DNA of 64,000 nucleotides, taken from sequence record NC_061448.1; one strand, written 5' to 3'. Position 1 is the stretch's first letter, and every line of letters starts with the position of its first letter. The position numbers were made by a program, and so were the translations under genes. This document shows positions 62,361 through 64,000 of this stretch, one piece after another. The notes below the pieces were generated by a model. The model was not told the DNA's origin. It did not search any database and saw only the letters and a list, made by a program, of their open reading frames with translations.

Positions 62361-63347
62361 TTAAGCCGCGTCGCCCAGGCCGATAGGAAGCATCAGACGC
62401 ATACCACGGTTGTCTTTACCGTTAGCGTTCATGCCCAGGTATTTGGTTTTGGTTGCTGCTTTCAGAGGGTTCAACTGCACTTCGGAACCGGCAGAGAGAA
62501 CGTCAGCAGACGTGTAACCCAGCATGTCCAGTGTAGCGAAGTACACATAGCGCTGAGTGTTAATCATCTGCGGGAACAGAACGATAGCGCGGTTACCTTC
62601 TGCAATCATAACCTGCTGGAGCGGGTTGATGATAGGAGCAGAGTCAGGCGTAGGCTGAACAGCAGACAGTGGGACCGTAGCAGAGTAGATACCCTCTTCG
62701 ATCACAGTGTAGCGCTGAATAGCTTCCGGCTTGATGGTATCAGGGTCACCGGCAAGACCACCGCCGCAGGAGAAGATAGCGAACAGAGGGCTCTGATCAC
62801 CTGGGTCAGTGTCAGTGGACTGAACGCCACGCTGAACAACGAACCAGCTAAATGCAGTACCGGTGTTGTCGAAACCTTCTGCGTTGATATGCAGAGCGAT
62901 ACCGTGGTCGGTAGTGATGAAGTCATACGTCAGCGGGTATGCAGACATATCAGCAGTCGCGTCCATCTTCCAGTCGTTGGTCAGGTCGATGAAGAAGTTA
63001 GCGATCAGGCCAGACTTAGACATACGACCGACTTCAACGGTAGCAGAGCGTTTCGCTGCGGTGTAATCAGTAGCGTTCACCTGATTATCAGGCAGAACGT
63101 TCACAGCCAGAGTTTTGGCAGCGTTGTCAGCAGACAACATGATGCCCCACTTCTGGTTTTGATACAGCGGGTCAACCGCATCAGAAGCCAGCAGATAGAA
63201 AGTCTTGCCGGTAGGTGTTACGGTAGTTCCTGCTTTGCCGTCAACAGCAATCAGCGAGAAGCCTGCCGTAATCATTTTGCCAACGAGATCGCGGGTCAGT
63301 GCTTCCAGACCTACGAGCTTAGTGGCGTTTACACGTTGAATAGCCAT
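62361..63347 (-). CDS. Abundant virion structural protein (328 aa), paralog of the 61155..62342 protein
   Basis: Same conserved blocks; GGAG RBS. Confidence 0.65.
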   Translation of the reverse strand: MAIQRVNATKLVGLEALTRDLVGKMITAGFSLIAVDGKAGTTVTPTGKTFYLLASDAVDPLYQNQKWGIMLSADNAAKTLAVNVLPDNQVNATDYTAAKRSATVEVGRMSKSGLIANFFIDLTNDWKMDATADMSAYPLTYDFITTDHGIALHINAEGFDNTGTAFSWFVVQRGVQSTDTDPGDQSPLFAIFSCGGGLAGDPDTIKPEAIQRYTVIEEGIYSATVPLSAVQPTPDSAPIINPLQQVMIAEGNRAIVLFPQMINTQRYVYFATLDMLGYTSADVLSAGSEVQLNPLKAATKTKYLGMNANGKDNRGMRLMLPIGLGDAA

Positions 63348-63354
63348 ATGGTTA

Positions 63355-64000
63355 TCACTCCATTACCAGATAGGTTACAGTGAGTTTCGGTTTCGACGGC
63401 GATGTACCGATATTCTTCATACGCCACGAGATAGTGTTCGTATTGTCTTTGTTAGACAAGAAGGAGTATCGGCGCAGCTTACGGACGAGAGGATTGCCTT
63501 CGCTATCCACGTCAGTAAACACACCATCATCTTCGAGAAAATTAGCAGTGGAACGGAATATATACGGGTTTCTGTCGTCACGAAGTGTACTTTGATACGC
63601 AGTCAATTCTACGTCAAAGGCGTTCAGCTTAACAGAAAGCAGCATAACCGTTTTGTTCATTGCCAGATCGAAGTCGAGTTGCTGGCCAGGGGTAATGTAG
63701 TTAGCGGCTTCATACTCTACAGTCTTACGCACACCAGCGCTTTCATTACCACTCATATCAACCCAGAACATCGTACCATTCGCGCCTGACATGAGAGTCA
63801 TACCCGCATATTCAGGTTCAGGCACTTGCTTGCTAGGGTCGAGTCCAACAACTGTCAGACCTGTTTCATCCACAGCAGTGACGAACGGCGATTCGAACTT
63901 ATAGTTGGAACCACCGAACTTCGCTTCTTCCCACGTCACGTTGTCTGTACCAAGCTGATACATCTTCTTGGTCTCAGTGACGTAACACAACATCCCAGGC
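63355..64000 (-). CDS. Virion protein, 5' end outside the window
   Basis: Frame stays open to the window edge (PGMLCYV.E.KKMYQL, a fibre-type motif). Confidence 0.65.
   Translation of the reverse strand, partial: PGMLCYVTETKKMYQLGTDNVTWEEAKFGGSNYKFESPFVTAVDETGLTVVGLDPSKQVPEPEYAGMTLMSGANGTMFWVDMSGNESAGVRKTVEYEAANYITPGQQLDFDLAMNKTVMLLSVKLNAFDVELTAYQSTLRDDRNPYIFRSTANFLEDDGVFTDVDSEGNPLVRKLRRYSFLSNKDNTNTISWRMKNIGTSPSKPKLTVTYLVME

Noticed and set aside
310-63383. Many long plus-strand ORFs (for example 310..1020, 46370..47344, 54558..55562, 56612..57769, 58943..59986, 61419..62360)
   Set aside because: Each lies antisense to a coherent minus-strand gene, has no RBS or motif, and reflects codon bias in the real gene.

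Overview
A 64 kb slice of the virion-morphogenesis region of a jumbo contractile-tailed (myovirus) phage. Every credible gene is on the minus strand. Gene content and order suggest the 'hairy' jumbo myoviruses of enterobacteria (Erwinia phage Y3 / Dickeya JA11-AD1 type); this is inference from memory, not a database hit. In transcription order (right to left) the window holds: large virion proteins, an acidic protein, an NAD-dependent DNA ligase, a GT2-TPR glycosyltransferase, the head module (prohead protease, HExxH zincin, Zn/acidic scaffold-like protein, major capsid protein), the tail module (sheath, two tube paralogs, gp26-like pair, tape-measure-like protein with a muramidase domain, hub, spike), an enzyme island (NUDIX, MmcB-like nuclease, thymidylate kinase), a 1.3 kb gene-poor and hairpin-dense interval, the baseplate wedge operon (PAAR, gp25-, gp6-, gp7-like), four collagen-like fibre proteins, receptor-binding-like proteins and a small exported/membrane protein cluster. 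Main leads: (1) the 23.6-24.9 kb structured non-coding interval, with a switchable anti-Shine-Dalgarno helix ahead of an unannotated 52-aa membrane peptide and a tRNA-like T-arm on the opposite strand; (2) a complete Hint/mini-intein domain capping a collagen fibre; (3) possible glycosylation of Gly-X-Thr collagen fibres by the phage GT2-TPR enzyme; (4) a recurrent S-[EQ]-S-small motif that may be the prohead protease site and a capsid-loading tag; (5) a candidate late promoter GCTAATTT. All family assignments come from motif recognition by eye; no searches or folding programs were run.
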